NCBI GenBank assembly: GCA_028702135.1 | Contig: JAQVPJ010000008.1 | Location: 11,861 to 75,860, forward strand | Direction of reading: 5' to 3' | Source of the DNA: Eubacteriales bacterium | Lineage (GTDB): Bacteria; Bacillota; Clostridia; Oscillospirales; CAG-382 | DNA: 64,000 nt | In this document: positions 1-10,758 of the stretch, one piece after another | Layout of the letters: each line of letters opens with the position of its first letter | Numbering within the stretch: the first letter of the stretch is position 1 | Translations under genes and position numbers: made by a program | Notes under the pieces: generated by a model | Database searches by the model: none | What the model saw: the letters and a program-made list of their open reading frames with translations, nothing else | What the model was told of the DNA's origin: nothing

Positions 1-141
1 CCTAACCTCCGGAGATGACAGAGTCAGTCTGTTGTCGCAGTATATGGGACTTTTTATTCCGCTTGCCCATATGAATGGCTGATGCGGTCTTAAAAAAACA
101 GCTCCTATTGACAATAAATCGCCTGCTATCTCTTTTTTCAT
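1..141 (-). CDS. pyrE: orotate phosphoribosyltransferase, N-terminal 47 codons (runs off the window)
   Basis: Hand translation of the minus strand gives [47 protein letters not shown], with the ATG at 141 directly after the pyrF stop. This is the conserved PyrE N-terminus ([12 protein letters not shown]). The fragment is too short for the ORF track. Confidence 0.8.
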   Translation of the reverse strand, partial: MKKEIAGDLLSIGAVFLRPHQPFIWASGIKSPIYCDNRLTLSSPEVR

Positions 142-849
142 TTAATCTTCTCCCAAAAAATCCCTGACGGCTCTTTCGTATGCTCTGACAGGATCTGCCG
201 CCTCGATTATCGGTCTGCCCATAACGATAAAGTCGGTACCCGTTTCCCTTGACCTCGCCGGTGTTGCCACACGCTTCTGGTCATCCGAACTGTTTTCTTC
301 AAATCGTATTCCGGGAGTTACTGTCAAAAATCCTTTTCCGCATAATTCCTTTACTCCCGCCGCCTCAAGAGGAGAGCAGACAACACCGTCAAGACCTGCC
401 GAAGCGGCGTTTTTTGCATAATGCAGAACTGTTTCATTCATACTCTTATCTATTAACAGCTCGCTGTGCAGCTTGTTCTCGTCGGTGGAGGTGAGCTGTG
501 TTACCGCTATCAGCAGCGGTCTTGCCCCGCCCTCTGCCGTCAACCCTCTCATCGCCGCTCTCATCATTTCGGTCGTCCCCGCAGCATGCACGTTGCACAT
601 ATCGATTCCAAGCGCAGAGAGGCGTCTCATCGCTTTTTCCACGGTATTTGGTATGTCATGCAGCTTTAAATCAAGGAAAACTCTGTGTCCTCTATCCTTT
701 ATTTCCCTGACCGCCTGCGGTCCTTCGGAATAAAATAGCTCCATCCCGATTTTTACAAACGGCTTCTTGTCCCGAAACAGCTCAAGAAACTCTTTTGTTA
801 TGACCCATGAAGGGAAATCACAGGCAATAATTACATCCTTTTTTTTCAT
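142..849 (-). CDS. pyrF: orotidine 5'-phosphate decarboxylase
   Basis: Motifs KIGMELF and DLKLHDIPNT, and position in the pyr operon. The ATG at 849 is preferred over the TTG at 855, which overlaps the pyrD stop. Confidence 0.93.
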   Translation of the reverse strand: MKKKDVIIACDFPSWVITKEFLELFRDKKPFVKIGMELFYSEGPQAVREIKDRGHRVFLDLKLHDIPNTVEKAMRRLSALGIDMCNVHAAGTTEMMRAAMRGLTAEGGARPLLIAVTQLTSTDENKLHSELLIDKSMNETVLHYAKNAASAGLDGVVCSPLEAAGVKELCGKGFLTVTPGIRFEENSSDDQKRVATPARSRETGTDFIVMGRPIIEAADPVRAYERAVRDFLGED

Positions 850-851
850 AA

Positions 852-1763
852 TCAATGTGCCGCTCCTATTATTTCTTTTAAGCTGCTTATTCCGTACTTT
901 TCAGCTACTGCCGGAAGCAGCTCTATTATTTCTTTGCAGATATAGGGGTTTTTGAGCGTTGCCGCTCCGATTTGAACCGCTGCCGCCCCTGCCATCATCA
1001 TCTCTATCACATCCTCGGCGGAGGAAATTCCGCCCGCACCGATAATAGGTATATCCACCGTTTCAAAAACCTGATATACCATCCTGAGAGCAACCGGGAA
1101 TACTGCCGGGCCGGATAATCCTCCGGTTTTGTTTGCAAGAAGCGGCTTTCTACCTTTTACATCGATTCTCATACCCAAAAGCGTATTGATAAGACACAAA
1201 CCATCCGCGCCTGCCTTCTCACACGCTTTTGCGATAACGGTTATGTCGGTGACATTAGGGGAGAGCTTTATATATACGGGCTTTTTGCTAACCGCTTTTA
1301 CTGCGCGTGTTACCTCATATGCGCTTTTTTCATCCGTTCCGAAACTCATCCCGCCGTCGTGAATGTTGGGGCAGCTTATGTTTACTTCTATTATCCCCAC
1401 TTTTGGAATTCCGTTCAGTTTTTCGGTGCAATATACATATTCATCAATCGAAAATCCGCTGATATTCGCGATAACTTTTTTGCTGAAATATCCGCTCATC
1501 CTTGGCAGTACCTCCGAAACCACCTTCTCGATTCCGGGATTCTGCAGACCGACCGAGTTGAGCATACCAGAGGATGTCTCTGCGATTCTCGGCGTTGGAT
1601 TTCCATAGCGCGGCTCTTTTGTAGTGCCCTTGAAGGAAAACGAACCGAGTATGTTTATATCATACAACTCCGAGAATTCCTCCCCATAACCGAAACACCC
1701 GCTTGCGGGAATAACCGGATTGTCAAGCTCCAATCCGCTCAGATTAACCGAAAGGTCTACCAT
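852..1763 (-). CDS. pyrD: dihydroorotate dehydrogenase B, catalytic subunit
   Basis: 303 aa class 1B DHODH (GCFGYG, NISCPN, GGISSAEDVIEMMMAGA). Overlaps the pyrK stop. Confidence 0.93.
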   Translation of the reverse strand: MVDLSVNLSGLELDNPVIPASGCFGYGEEFSELYDINILGSFSFKGTTKEPRYGNPTPRIAETSSGMLNSVGLQNPGIEKVVSEVLPRMSGYFSKKVIANISGFSIDEYVYCTEKLNGIPKVGIIEVNISCPNIHDGGMSFGTDEKSAYEVTRAVKAVSKKPVYIKLSPNVTDITVIAKACEKAGADGLCLINTLLGMRIDVKGRKPLLANKTGGLSGPAVFPVALRMVYQVFETVDIPIIGAGGISSAEDVIEMMMAGAAAVQIGAATLKNPYICKEIIELLPAVAEKYGISSLKEIIGAAH

Positions 1764-2485
1764 ATAATTTCCTCCCTTTCAAGCACCGGCCCATCCCTGC
1801 ATATTCGCTTGTAACCGTACTTTGTCTTACAGGTACATCCCATGCAAGCGCCGATTCCGCACGCCATCCTCTCCTCAAACGAAAACTGACCGCCCGTTTC
1901 CGTGTTGTCATAAACTGCTTTAAGCATAGGCATAGGCCCGCAGGTAAAAACATAATCGTAATCGTATTGGTAAAGAGCATCCGTGACAACTCCTTTTATA
2001 CCTGCACTGCCGTCGATAGTGGAAACAAGCGTTCTGCAACCGAGAGCTTCAAATTCCTCTCTTAGAAAAACCTCCGCCGATTTGTTGAATCCTATTATGA
2101 CAGATGGTTTTTTACCCGCCTCTATAAGCCTTTTCGCGAGCAGATACAGCGGGGGGACCCCGACACCGCCACCTATTAGAACAGGTTTTTCGCCTGATTT
2201 TTCGATAGAAAATCCGTTACCTAAACCGGATAACACATCAAGCTCCTTACCTTTCTTATACGAGCTCATCGACTTCGTTCCACCGCCGAGTATTTTGTAT
2301 ATTATTGTTGTTTTGTCTGCGCTCAAATCGCATACCGAAAAGGGACGACGCAGAAAAAATCCGTCGAGCCCGATGGAAATGAACTGCCCCGGTTTTGTGA
2401 TTTTTTCGGTATTGCCCTGCAGGACCATCCTGTATATATTTTCGGCGATAACATTATTTGATATAACCGTGTACTTTTCTGACAT
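1757..2485 (-). CDS. pyrK: dihydroorotate dehydrogenase B electron-transfer (FAD/2Fe-2S) subunit
   Basis: 242 aa with an FNR-like fold and a C-terminal CGIGACMGCTC cluster motif. Lies between carB and pyrD. Confidence 0.9.
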   Translation of the reverse strand: MSEKYTVISNNVIAENIYRMVLQGNTEKITKPGQFISIGLDGFFLRRPFSVCDLSADKTTIIYKILGGGTKSMSSYKKGKELDVLSGLGNGFSIEKSGEKPVLIGGGVGVPPLYLLAKRLIEAGKKPSVIIGFNKSAEVFLREEFEALGCRTLVSTIDGSAGIKGVVTDALYQYDYDYVFTCGPMPMLKAVYDNTETGGQFSFEERMACGIGACMGCTCKTKYGYKRICRDGPVLEREEIIW

Positions 2486-2497
2486 AAACAGTTCTCC

Positions 2498-5400
2498 TTA
2501 ATCAGAATCGATAGTGGAAACACATATCGTTATCTCCTCAAGCACGTCAAGAAGCACTCTTACGGTATCGAGCGAGGTGAACATAGCCACATTGTTTTCA
2601 ACAGCACAGCGGCGAATCGCATAACCGTCCGTTGCCTGCGATAAGACATCCATATCCCTTGTGGAAATAACATAATTTACATGTCCGCGTCTGATGGAAT
2701 CAAGAATTTCGGAGCTGCCTGAACTCAGCTTCTTTTTGGTTCGGGTTTTTATGCCGTGCTTTTTGAGAAAATCCGCCGTTCCCTTAGTCGCTTCAATATT
2801 AAAGCCCAGATTATAAAAACGCTTTATAAGGGGAAGGGCCTCCTTTTTATCTTTATCTGCTATTGTAACGAATATTGTACCGTAGTTCGCAACATTCATT
2901 CCCGAGGCCTGTAGCGCTTTATATAAAGCTCTTGTTAGCGATTTATCATAGCCGATAGCCTCGCCGGTTGACTTCATTTCGGGTGACAGGTAAGCATCGA
3001 GTCCACGAATTTTAGAGAAGGAAAAAGCGGGAGCTTTTACATACCATCTTTTCTTTTCCTGAGGATAAACACTTGTAAAGCCCTGTTCCCTCAAGCTTTT
3101 ACCAAGTATGATAAGAGTGGCTATATCCGCCAGAAAGTAACCTGTTGCTTTTGATATAAAGGGTACGGTTCTCGAGGAACGCGGATTAACCTCAATAACA
3201 TAAACATTTTCGTTGTCATCGACGATAAACTGAATATTATAAAGTCCGATTATACCTATGCCGAGTCCGAGCTTTACTGTGTACTCAAGAATCGTCCTCT
3301 TCACCTTTTCACTCACGCTGAATGTGGGATACACGCTTATGCTGTCGCCAGAATGGATTCCGGTACGCTCCACATGCTCCATAATTCCGGGAACGAATAC
3401 ATCCGTACCGTCACAAACTGCGTCCACCTCAAGTTCCTTACCCTCGATGTAGCGGTCGACAAGCACGGGCTGCTTCTCATCTATCTCCACCGCGGAACGG
3501 AGATATACCTTCAAAGCACTCTCGTCCGCTACAATCTGCATCGCCCTGCCCCCCAAAACATAGCTGGGCCGGACAAGCACGGGATAGCCTATCTCATTGG
3601 CTGCTTTTATTCCGTCTTTAATGTTTGAGACAGCGATTCCTTTTGGCTGAGGGATGTCAAGCTTCTCCATTATTTTTTCAAAACAGTCGCGGTTCTCTGC
3701 GTTCTCTATTGCCTGAACATCGGTGCCTATGATTTTTACTCCGCGTTCCATCAGAGGCTTTGCAAGATTAATCGCTGTCTGTCCGCCGAGAGAGGCGATT
3801 ATGCCCATGGGCTTTTCAAGGTTTACTATATTCATAACATCCTCAACAGTCAACGGTTCAAAATACAGCTTATCGCTTGTTGTGTAGTCTGTCGAAACTG
3901 TTTCGGGATTGTTATTTATTATTATCGCTTCATATCCGCTGTTCTTGATGGTCTTAACCGCATGTACTGTAGAATAATCGAATTCTACGCCCTGCCCGAT
4001 ACGGATAGGACCAGAGCCGAGAACGATTATTTTCTTTCTATCACTTACAACAGATTCGTTTTCAATCTCATATGTTGAATAGAAATACGGCACATAACTT
4101 TCAAATTCGCTTGCGCAGGTATCGATCATCTTATAAACGGGGATTATGCCGTTTTCTTCACGCAGTTCGTAAATTTCCGTTTCCGATATGCCCCATACTT
4201 CCGAAAGGTACCTGTCACTTATACCCATGCGCTTTGCTTTTTTCAAAACGCCGATATCGAGCGGATTTTCTTTTATAACCTGTTCAAAATCGACGATGTT
4301 CTTAAATTTATCGAGAAAGAGCATATCTATCTTAACAATATTGTATATCAGGCCGAGATCGACCTTGTTCCGTATAAGCTGTGCGATTGCAAACAGTCTG
4401 TCATCCCTGCCGTATTTGATATACTCCATCAGCTCGTCGTTCGTATATAAATCAAATTTAGAGCTGTAAAGATGGTATACGCCCGTCTCCAAAGAACGGA
4501 TTGCCTTTAACAGACTTTCTTCAATCGTCCTCCCTATGCTCATTACCTCGCCGGTTGCCTTCATCTGAGTGCTGAGCATATTCGACGCCGCTGCAAACTT
4601 ATCGAACGGGAAACGCGCTATTTTCGTCACTACATAGTCAAGCGTAGGTTCAAAGCTTGCGGGAGTGTTTGCGATTCTTATCTCATCAAGACGCATACCG
4701 ACTGCTATCTTTGCGGATACCCTTGCAATCGGGTAGCCGCTAGCCTTGCTCGCAAGCGCTGAGGAGCGGGATACCCTGGGGTTAACCTCAATCAGGAAGT
4801 ATTTGAATGAGAGCGGATCGAGTGCAAACTGAATGTTGCAACCTCCCTCGATTTTTAAAGCTCGGATGATTTTCAACGCACTGTCGCGAAGCAGCTGGTA
4901 CTCCTTGTTGGTGAGCGTCTGGCTCGGGCATATTACAATGGAATCACCCGTATGTATGCCAACCGGATCGATATTTTCCATATTGCATATCGTAATCGCG
5001 GTGTCGTTTGAGTCTCTGATAACCTCATATTCAATCTCTTTATAACCCCGGATGCTCTTTTCGACAAGCACCTGACCGACAGGAGAGAGCTCAAGAGCGC
5101 TCTTCATCAGTTCTGCTAACTCATCGGCATTTTCAACAAAACCCCCGCCTGTTCCTCCGAGAGTGAAAGCGGGTCGCAAAACGACCGGATAACCAATCTC
5201 CCGGGCTGCCCTTAAACCGCCTTCGATACTTGTGGCAATCTCTGAGGGCAGTACAGGCTCCCCGAGCGAAACACATAATTCTTTGAACTTTTCCCTGTCT
5301 TCCGCCATCTCGATACTCTCGAATTTAGTTCCGAGCAGCTCCACCTGACATTCGTCAAGTATTCCCTTTTTATATAGCTGCATTGCAAGGTTAAGTCCGG

Positions 5401-5680
5401 TTTGACCTCCGATTCCGGGAACGATTGCATCCGGACGTTCAAAGCGAATTATTTTTGCCACATACTCAAGCGTAAGAGGCTCCATATATACCTTGTTTGC
5501 AACCGTTGTGTCTGTCATTATCGTGGCGGGATTGGAATTGGCGAGGATAACCTCATATCCCTCCTCCCTGAGTGCAAGACAAGCTTGTGTTCCCGCATAA
5601 TCAAACTCTGCAGCCTGCCCTATAACAATGGGTCCGGAACCGATTACCATTACCTTTTTTATATCTGTTCTCTTCGGCAT
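2498..5680 (-). CDS. carB: carbamoyl-phosphate synthase large subunit
   Basis: 1060 aa with duplicated ATP-grasp halves and a typical N-terminus ([30 protein letters not shown]). Confidence 0.97.
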   Translation of the reverse strand: MPKRTDIKKVMVIGSGPIVIGQAAEFDYAGTQACLALREEGYEVILANSNPATIMTDTTVANKVYMEPLTLEYVAKIIRFERPDAIVPGIGGQTGLNLAMQLYKKGILDECQVELLGTKFESIEMAEDREKFKELCVSLGEPVLPSEIATSIEGGLRAAREIGYPVVLRPAFTLGGTGGGFVENADELAELMKSALELSPVGQVLVEKSIRGYKEIEYEVIRDSNDTAITICNMENIDPVGIHTGDSIVICPSQTLTNKEYQLLRDSALKIIRALKIEGGCNIQFALDPLSFKYFLIEVNPRVSRSSALASKASGYPIARVSAKIAVGMRLDEIRIANTPASFEPTLDYVVTKIARFPFDKFAAASNMLSTQMKATGEVMSIGRTIEESLLKAIRSLETGVYHLYSSKFDLYTNDELMEYIKYGRDDRLFAIAQLIRNKVDLGLIYNIVKIDMLFLDKFKNIVDFEQVIKENPLDIGVLKKAKRMGISDRYLSEVWGISETEIYELREENGIIPVYKMIDTCASEFESYVPYFYSTYEIENESVVSDRKKIIVLGSGPIRIGQGVEFDYSTVHAVKTIKNSGYEAIIINNNPETVSTDYTTSDKLYFEPLTVEDVMNIVNLEKPMGIIASLGGQTAINLAKPLMERGVKIIGTDVQAIENAENRDCFEKIMEKLDIPQPKGIAVSNIKDGIKAANEIGYPVLVRPSYVLGGRAMQIVADESALKVYLRSAVEIDEKQPVLVDRYIEGKELEVDAVCDGTDVFVPGIMEHVERTGIHSGDSISVYPTFSVSEKVKRTILEYTVKLGLGIGIIGLYNIQFIVDDNENVYVIEVNPRSSRTVPFISKATGYFLADIATLIILGKSLREQGFTSVYPQEKKRWYVKAPAFSFSKIRGLDAYLSPEMKSTGEAIGYDKSLTRALYKALQASGMNVANYGTIFVTIADKDKKEALPLIKRFYNLGFNIEATKGTADFLKKHGIKTRTKKKLSSGSSEILDSIRRGHVNYVISTRDMDVLSQATDGYAIRRCAVENNVAMFTSLDTVRVLLDVLEEITICVSTIDSD

Positions 5681-6771
5681 CAGCAGGCACCCCCTTTTTT
5701 CATCATATCGATGAAATTGTCAAACAGATGAACGCTGTCCTGCGGACCGGGAGCACTTTCGGGATGATACTGCACCGAAAAGATGTTTTCCTCAACGCTC
5801 TGCACGCCCTCAACGGTGTTGTCGAGCAGATTTATATGCGTTACTGAAAGGCAGGTTCCCTTTACTGAATCTAAATCCACGACATAACTGTGATTTTGGC
5901 TTGTCATCTCTATTTTATCGGTTAATAGATTTTTTACGGGGTGGTTTCCACCTCTGTGGCCGAATTTCATCTTGAAGGTTTTTGCACCGCATGCGAGGGA
6001 AATCAGAAGATGCCCGAGACATATTCCGAATATGGGGAGCTTTCCCCTTAGGTTTTTAACAAGCTCGATTACCGGCCTGACATTCACGGGGTTGCCCGGA
6101 CCGTTTGAGATAAAAACACCATCGGGCTTCAAATCCATTATCTCTTCATACCCTGTATTATACGGCACTATCGTTACATTACAGCTCTTTTCATTAAGCT
6201 TTCTTATTACGTTCAGCTTTATTCCGCAATCGACCGCGACCACATTATAATTGTGATTCGCGGTACGGGAATACCACCTTTTTTTGCAGCTTACCCTTGA
6301 AACGGCGTCCGTTGGGATTATATACGCATCCAATTTCGAAATTGCCTCGTTGCGGGGAGTGTTCGCATCCGTTATTAAACACTTGCAGCTCCCCTTGTCG
6401 CGGATTATTCTGGTAAGCATACGGGTGTCAACGCCGCTTATGGCGGGAATCGCATTTTCCTCAAGTATCTCTGACAGGGTTTTTGTATATCTGAAGTTGC
6501 TCGGAATATCGTTGTATTCCCTGACAACAATTCCGCCAATAGTAGGATTTTTTGTCTCGAAATCCTCATCGGTGATTCCGTAATTACCGATAAGAGGATA
6601 GGTCATTACGACCGTCTGATATATATAGGACGGGTCGGAGACCACCTCCTGATAACCGACCATCGAAGTGTTAAAAACAAGCTCGCTTATGACCTCCCGC
6701 TCAGCACCGAAACCCTCGCCGTAAAACTCCTGTCCGTTTTCCAAAACTATTTTCCTTTTTACTCCTGCCAT
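5680..6771 (-). CDS. carA: carbamoyl-phosphate synthase small (glutaminase) subunit
   Basis: 363 aa with the GATase motif [11 protein letters not shown] and HRGGNHPV. The stop overlaps the carB ATG (TGATG). Confidence 0.96.
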   Translation of the reverse strand: MAGVKRKIVLENGQEFYGEGFGAEREVISELVFNTSMVGYQEVVSDPSYIYQTVVMTYPLIGNYGITDEDFETKNPTIGGIVVREYNDIPSNFRYTKTLSEILEENAIPAISGVDTRMLTRIIRDKGSCKCLITDANTPRNEAISKLDAYIIPTDAVSRVSCKKRWYSRTANHNYNVVAVDCGIKLNVIRKLNEKSCNVTIVPYNTGYEEIMDLKPDGVFISNGPGNPVNVRPVIELVKNLRGKLPIFGICLGHLLISLACGAKTFKMKFGHRGGNHPVKNLLTDKIEMTSQNHSYVVDLDSVKGTCLSVTHINLLDNTVEGVQSVEENIFSVQYHPESAPGPQDSVHLFDNFIDMMKKGGAC

Positions 6772-8021
6772 ACTATTTCCCCTCTGTGCAGCGTCATAAT
6801 GTTTTTTCCCGAAACTTGCATTTCTTCAAACGGAGTGCTCCTGCCCCTGGATATAAAGCGTTCCGGTTTTATTGTGTACTCCCTGTCCAAATCCAGGATT
6901 GCGATGTCCGCGCTTTGTCCCGTATTAAGTCCGCCGCCTATGCGGAATATTTTTCTCGGATTTAAGCACATAAGCTCTATGAGTTTTTCTATGGAAATGA
7001 TTCCGATTTTTACAAGCTTAGTGTAAAGTACCGGGAAAGCGGTTTCCAGCCCGACAACACCCATAAGGCTTCCGGATAACCCCTTCGATTTTTCCTCATT
7101 CGAGTGCGGCGCGTGATCTGTGGCGATAATATCTATTGTGCCGTCTATAATTCCCTCAACCAATGCGTCTCTGTCCTCCCTGCTCCGCAGTGGCGGATTC
7201 ATCTTGAAGCGTCCGTCCTCCTGTAAATCCTCATCGCATAACAGGAGATAATGCGGTGCGGTCTCCGCGCTCACCCTTACTCCCTCCGCTTTTGCTTTTC
7301 GTATAAGTGAGACGCTCCTGCTTGTAGACACATGGCAGACATGATAGCGGCAGCCGGTTTTTTTTGCAAGATTCAAATCTCGTTCAACCTGAATATATTC
7401 GCTCTCGGAGCTTATCCCCTTATGGCCATGCTCCCTTGCGTACCTTCCGTCGTGTATATAGCCGCCGTTTATGAGCGAATTATCCTCACAATGCGCTGCT
7501 ATTATACAATCATATTCGGCTGCTTTTTTCATGGCTTTTTCCATAAGTTCAATCGACTGCACACCCCTGCCGTCGTCCGAAAAGGCGATGACCTTGTCTT
7601 TCAGAGCCGCAAAGTCTACAAGTTCGCCATCTCCTTTTTGTCCCTTTGTTATCGATGCGTAAGGAAAAACCGTTATCACCGAGTCCTTTTCGATTATATC
7701 CGTTTGCTGTTTTAAATTATCAATGCAGTCGGGTGGCGGATTCAGGTTCGGCATCGCACACACGGCGGTATAACCCGCACTTGCAGCGGCGGATGTTCCG
7801 CTTTTTATCGTCTCTTTATAAGAAAAACCGGGTTCCCGCAGATGCACATGAACATCAACGAAACCCGGAATAATATATTTGTTTTTAAATGATAAGACCT
7901 TGGAAAAAGGGGAATAAATATGAGGTCCTATTTTGAAAACATTGAAATTACGAATAAGTATATCGGATTTTGAAAAGGAAAGCCCGTTAAATACCATTCC
8001 GCCGGTCAGCAAAAATTCCAT
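6759..8021 (-). CDS. pyrC: dihydroorotase
   Basis: 420 aa amidohydrolase (DVHVHLREPG, IATDHAPH). First gene of the pyr operon here. Confidence 0.92.
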   Translation of the reverse strand: MEFLLTGGMVFNGLSFSKSDILIRNFNVFKIGPHIYSPFSKVLSFKNKYIIPGFVDVHVHLREPGFSYKETIKSGTSAAASAGYTAVCAMPNLNPPPDCIDNLKQQTDIIEKDSVITVFPYASITKGQKGDGELVDFAALKDKVIAFSDDGRGVQSIELMEKAMKKAAEYDCIIAAHCEDNSLINGGYIHDGRYAREHGHKGISSESEYIQVERDLNLAKKTGCRYHVCHVSTSRSVSLIRKAKAEGVRVSAETAPHYLLLCDEDLQEDGRFKMNPPLRSREDRDALVEGIIDGTIDIIATDHAPHSNEEKSKGLSGSLMGVVGLETAFPVLYTKLVKIGIISIEKLIELMCLNPRKIFRIGGGLNTGQSADIAILDLDREYTIKPERFISRGRSTPFEEMQVSGKNIMTLHRGEIVWQE

Positions 8022-8054
8022 TTAAACCTCCACGCTCCTTTTCCTTTTCCGACT

Positions 8055-8083
8055 ATTATAACAAAAAAAGCGCGTATTGTCAA
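8055..8083 (-). promoter_or_regulatory. consensus sigma-A promoter of the pyr operon
   Basis: The minus strand reads TTGACA, a 17 nt spacer, then TATAAT (-35 at 8078-8083, -10 at 8055-8060). It sits about 34 nt upstream of the pyrC ATG, with a GGAGCGTGGAGG SD in between. Confidence 0.65.
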
Positions 8084-8138
8084 CTAAAATAATTATGAAC
8101 TTGCCATGAACTTTTGCCTGGGATTTTTTATGTGTAAT

Positions 8139-9737
8139 TTAATCAAACCATGGGAAAACAACCTTGTTGCCGTTATGAATCCACTTTTGCGGGCAGGTTG
8201 TTTCCACCCAATCAACCGGAACGAGCGTGTCCTGCTGAACCGAATTAACAGCAAATGCCTCTCTGACCTCCTGCGCCTGGTCATTACTGAGAATGTCCGG
8301 CTTGCAGGATACAAACAACGGTGAGCCGCTTATAGAGAGCAGTTTCAACCACAAACGATTCTTCTCCCACGGGACAAGCTCGGTTATTCCGACACAATCG
8401 GCGTCGCAGGCATAGAATATGTTGTTTTGAGGCAGACGAAAAGCGAGAGTATTGATGCCGAACTTTCGGGTGCGGAGCCAATCCTTGCCGCTCGTATCGT
8501 CTCCGGTGCGGTTGACCTGAACAAGCCCGGCGCAAAGGTGACTTATCGTATTGCAGCCGATGATGACAGCGTCCCCGGCGGCATCCTTTATCGCACGGTA
8601 AAAATCCAAAATTATCTCCGCACTTGTTCTGCCACGGTCATAAAACGACCAGCTATCATCCTCATCGGCAAGCGACTTTTTAAGATTGCACCCCCACGCT
8701 CCGAAAATATCAAATGTGGAATAATCGTGCTTGATTAGGCGGTAACCCCAATCAACGATACGCTTGGTGTCCTCTTTGATATGACCGATAACCTCCGGAT
8801 GCGACGGATCTAAAACGCTGTTGTTGCGTTTGAGTCTCGACTCATCTTTTATATTCGGCGTTTTGTGATTAGCGTCCGAAAGATAGCGAATCCATATCCC
8901 GGGCTTGACATCCATTTTTGTTATTTCCTCAGCAAGCCTTTTCATGTCAGGGAATTTTTGATTTCCCTTATGCCACGGCCCGTCGCAGTTGTTCGGCTGC
9001 CAGCCGTCGTCAATGACCATATACGGGCGGTTTTTAAGTCCCTTCGTGTAATCCGCAACGATGGAAGCGTCCCGCAGAATCTCCTCGTGCGAGCTTTTCC
9101 CGTAAGCATAGTACCAGTTGTTCGAACCGTAAACAGGCTCTTCGGGGAAAATTCCGTCGTCACACATTTTACTGCAAAAACTTCGTGCCGCCTCAAAAGC
9201 CGATATGTCTGAATATTCACGGAAAACAACGGTAGCAGCCTCAAGTGTTCGTCCGCCCAAAAGCACACCTGCACCGCCGTTTCTTATGTCAATCCAGAGC
9301 GTCACGCCTGCGGAGTCAAGATTCCAGTAGCAGAACGAGTTTGGGCGCACCCGCACTCCGAAAGCACATGTCCGGCAAATAAAATATGGGTTGTTTATAA
9401 TGTTCTCGCAGCAGGAGGAATTTGATATGAGGAAATACCACGGCATAAAGACATCCGGGTTGATGCTGCGCCACTCCATTGTACCGTATGCACGCTCCCA
9501 CTCGTCACCAAGCACCTTTGTTGATCCTGTTATAACTTCGTTCTCTCTGAAATTCCAGCGGAGAACTATGTACTTGAGGGGTGTTTTATCCGCCTGGATT
9601 TTAACCCCCATTTTATCGCTACCATACTTTACGCAGGAAAGTGAAACATCATTCTCTGTAAAACTGTTTCCGCCGATTCTCTCTACTTTCCCGCCTTCAT
9701 ATATTACAGTCTGTTTATCTGGTAATCTGATTTTCAT
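8139..9737 (-). CDS. putative alpha-galactosidase-like glycoside hydrolase (clan GH-D, GH36/GH27-like TIM barrel)
   Basis: Motifs YMVIDDGWQ, LIKHDYSTFD and NRTGDDTSG resemble melibiase-type enzymes. The start is set at MKIRLPDK (ATG 9737), which follows a GGAAAGGAATGG SD. The family assignment is by eye only. Confidence 0.55.
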   Translation of the reverse strand: MKIRLPDKQTVIYEGGKVERIGGNSFTENDVSLSCVKYGSDKMGVKIQADKTPLKYIVLRWNFRENEVITGSTKVLGDEWERAYGTMEWRSINPDVFMPWYFLISNSSCCENIINNPYFICRTCAFGVRVRPNSFCYWNLDSAGVTLWIDIRNGGAGVLLGGRTLEAATVVFREYSDISAFEAARSFCSKMCDDGIFPEEPVYGSNNWYYAYGKSSHEEILRDASIVADYTKGLKNRPYMVIDDGWQPNNCDGPWHKGNQKFPDMKRLAEEITKMDVKPGIWIRYLSDANHKTPNIKDESRLKRNNSVLDPSHPEVIGHIKEDTKRIVDWGYRLIKHDYSTFDIFGAWGCNLKKSLADEDDSWSFYDRGRTSAEIILDFYRAIKDAAGDAVIIGCNTISHLCAGLVQVNRTGDDTSGKDWLRTRKFGINTLAFRLPQNNIFYACDADCVGITELVPWEKNRLWLKLLSISGSPLFVSCKPDILSNDQAQEVREAFAVNSVQQDTLVPVDWVETTCPQKWIHNGNKVVFPWFD

Positions 9738-9919
9738 GATTTTGACCATTCCTTTCCGCGGTGGTTTATACCGCCCGAGGTGACAAATGCACATAAATGC
9801 TTCGTTTGGCGATTGCGCCGCTTAAGCTTTAGCCATAAGTACACCACTATATACAGTTTACAAAGCACAGGATACGTACACTCGTGAAAATACTTTTTTA
9901 ATTTACAGGGAGAATTTAA

Positions 9920-10738
9920 TTATAATTCCTCTATTTTGTCGGCCATATTATCAAGCCAGTCGCCCTCAAACAGCTCTATCAGACCACTGTCCGCCGCTCC
10001 GGCAAGCTTTGAACTTACGGGAAGTTTGGAAAGCGTATCTATTCCGAATTCCCCGGCAATGCCTTCAAGTCCGCTGACACCGAATATATTATGCTTTGTC
10101 TTACACTCAGGACACAGAAAATATGACATATTCTCGACAATGCCGATTATGGGAATATTCATCATCTGCGCCATTCTTACGGCTTTTTTTACAATCATGC
10201 CTACAAGCTCCTGAGGCGAGGTTACAATAACAATGCCGTCAACGGGAAGCGACTGAAATACGGTAAGCGGAACATCACCGGTTCCCGGAGGCATATCTAC
10301 AAACATAAAATCGACATCCTTCCAGACCACATCGCTCCAGAACTGCTTAACTGTTCCGGCAAGAATCGGTCCTCTCCATATAACGGGGTCGGTATTGTCT
10401 GGCAGCAGCAGGTTTATGGACATGATCTGTATTCCGCTTTTGGACAATACCGGCAGGATACCCTGTTCGCTTCCCTGTGCTTTACTGTTAATTCCAAATA
10501 TTTTTGGTATGGATGGACCTGTTATATCCGCATCAAGAACAGCGGTACTATACCCTCTGCGTCTGAATATAACCGAAAGCAGGGAGGTCACCATGGATTT
10601 GCCCACGCCTCCCTTTCCGCTTACAACGCCTATTACCTTTTTTATGCTGCTAAGCTCGTTCGTTTTTGCTAAAAAAGACTCTCTCTCAGAGCAGTTCTCG
10701 CTGCAGCTGCTGCAATTATGACTACAATTTTCGCTCAA
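9920..10738 (-). CDS. Mrp/NBP35 (ApbC-like) iron-sulfur cluster carrier ATPase
   Basis: 272 aa with the deviant Walker A SGKGGVGKS, a Cys-rich N-terminus (CSHNCSSCSENC) and a CPEC motif. Confidence 0.88.
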   Translation of the reverse strand: MSENCSHNCSSCSENCSERESFLAKTNELSSIKKVIGVVSGKGGVGKSMVTSLLSVIFRRRGYSTAVLDADITGPSIPKIFGINSKAQGSEQGILPVLSKSGIQIMSINLLLPDNTDPVIWRGPILAGTVKQFWSDVVWKDVDFMFVDMPPGTGDVPLTVFQSLPVDGIVIVTSPQELVGMIVKKAVRMAQMMNIPIIGIVENMSYFLCPECKTKHNIFGVSGLEGIAGEFGIDTLSKLPVSSKLAGAADSGLIELFEGDWLDNMADKIEEL

Positions 10739-10758
10739 TCTGCCATTTTCCCCTTTGA

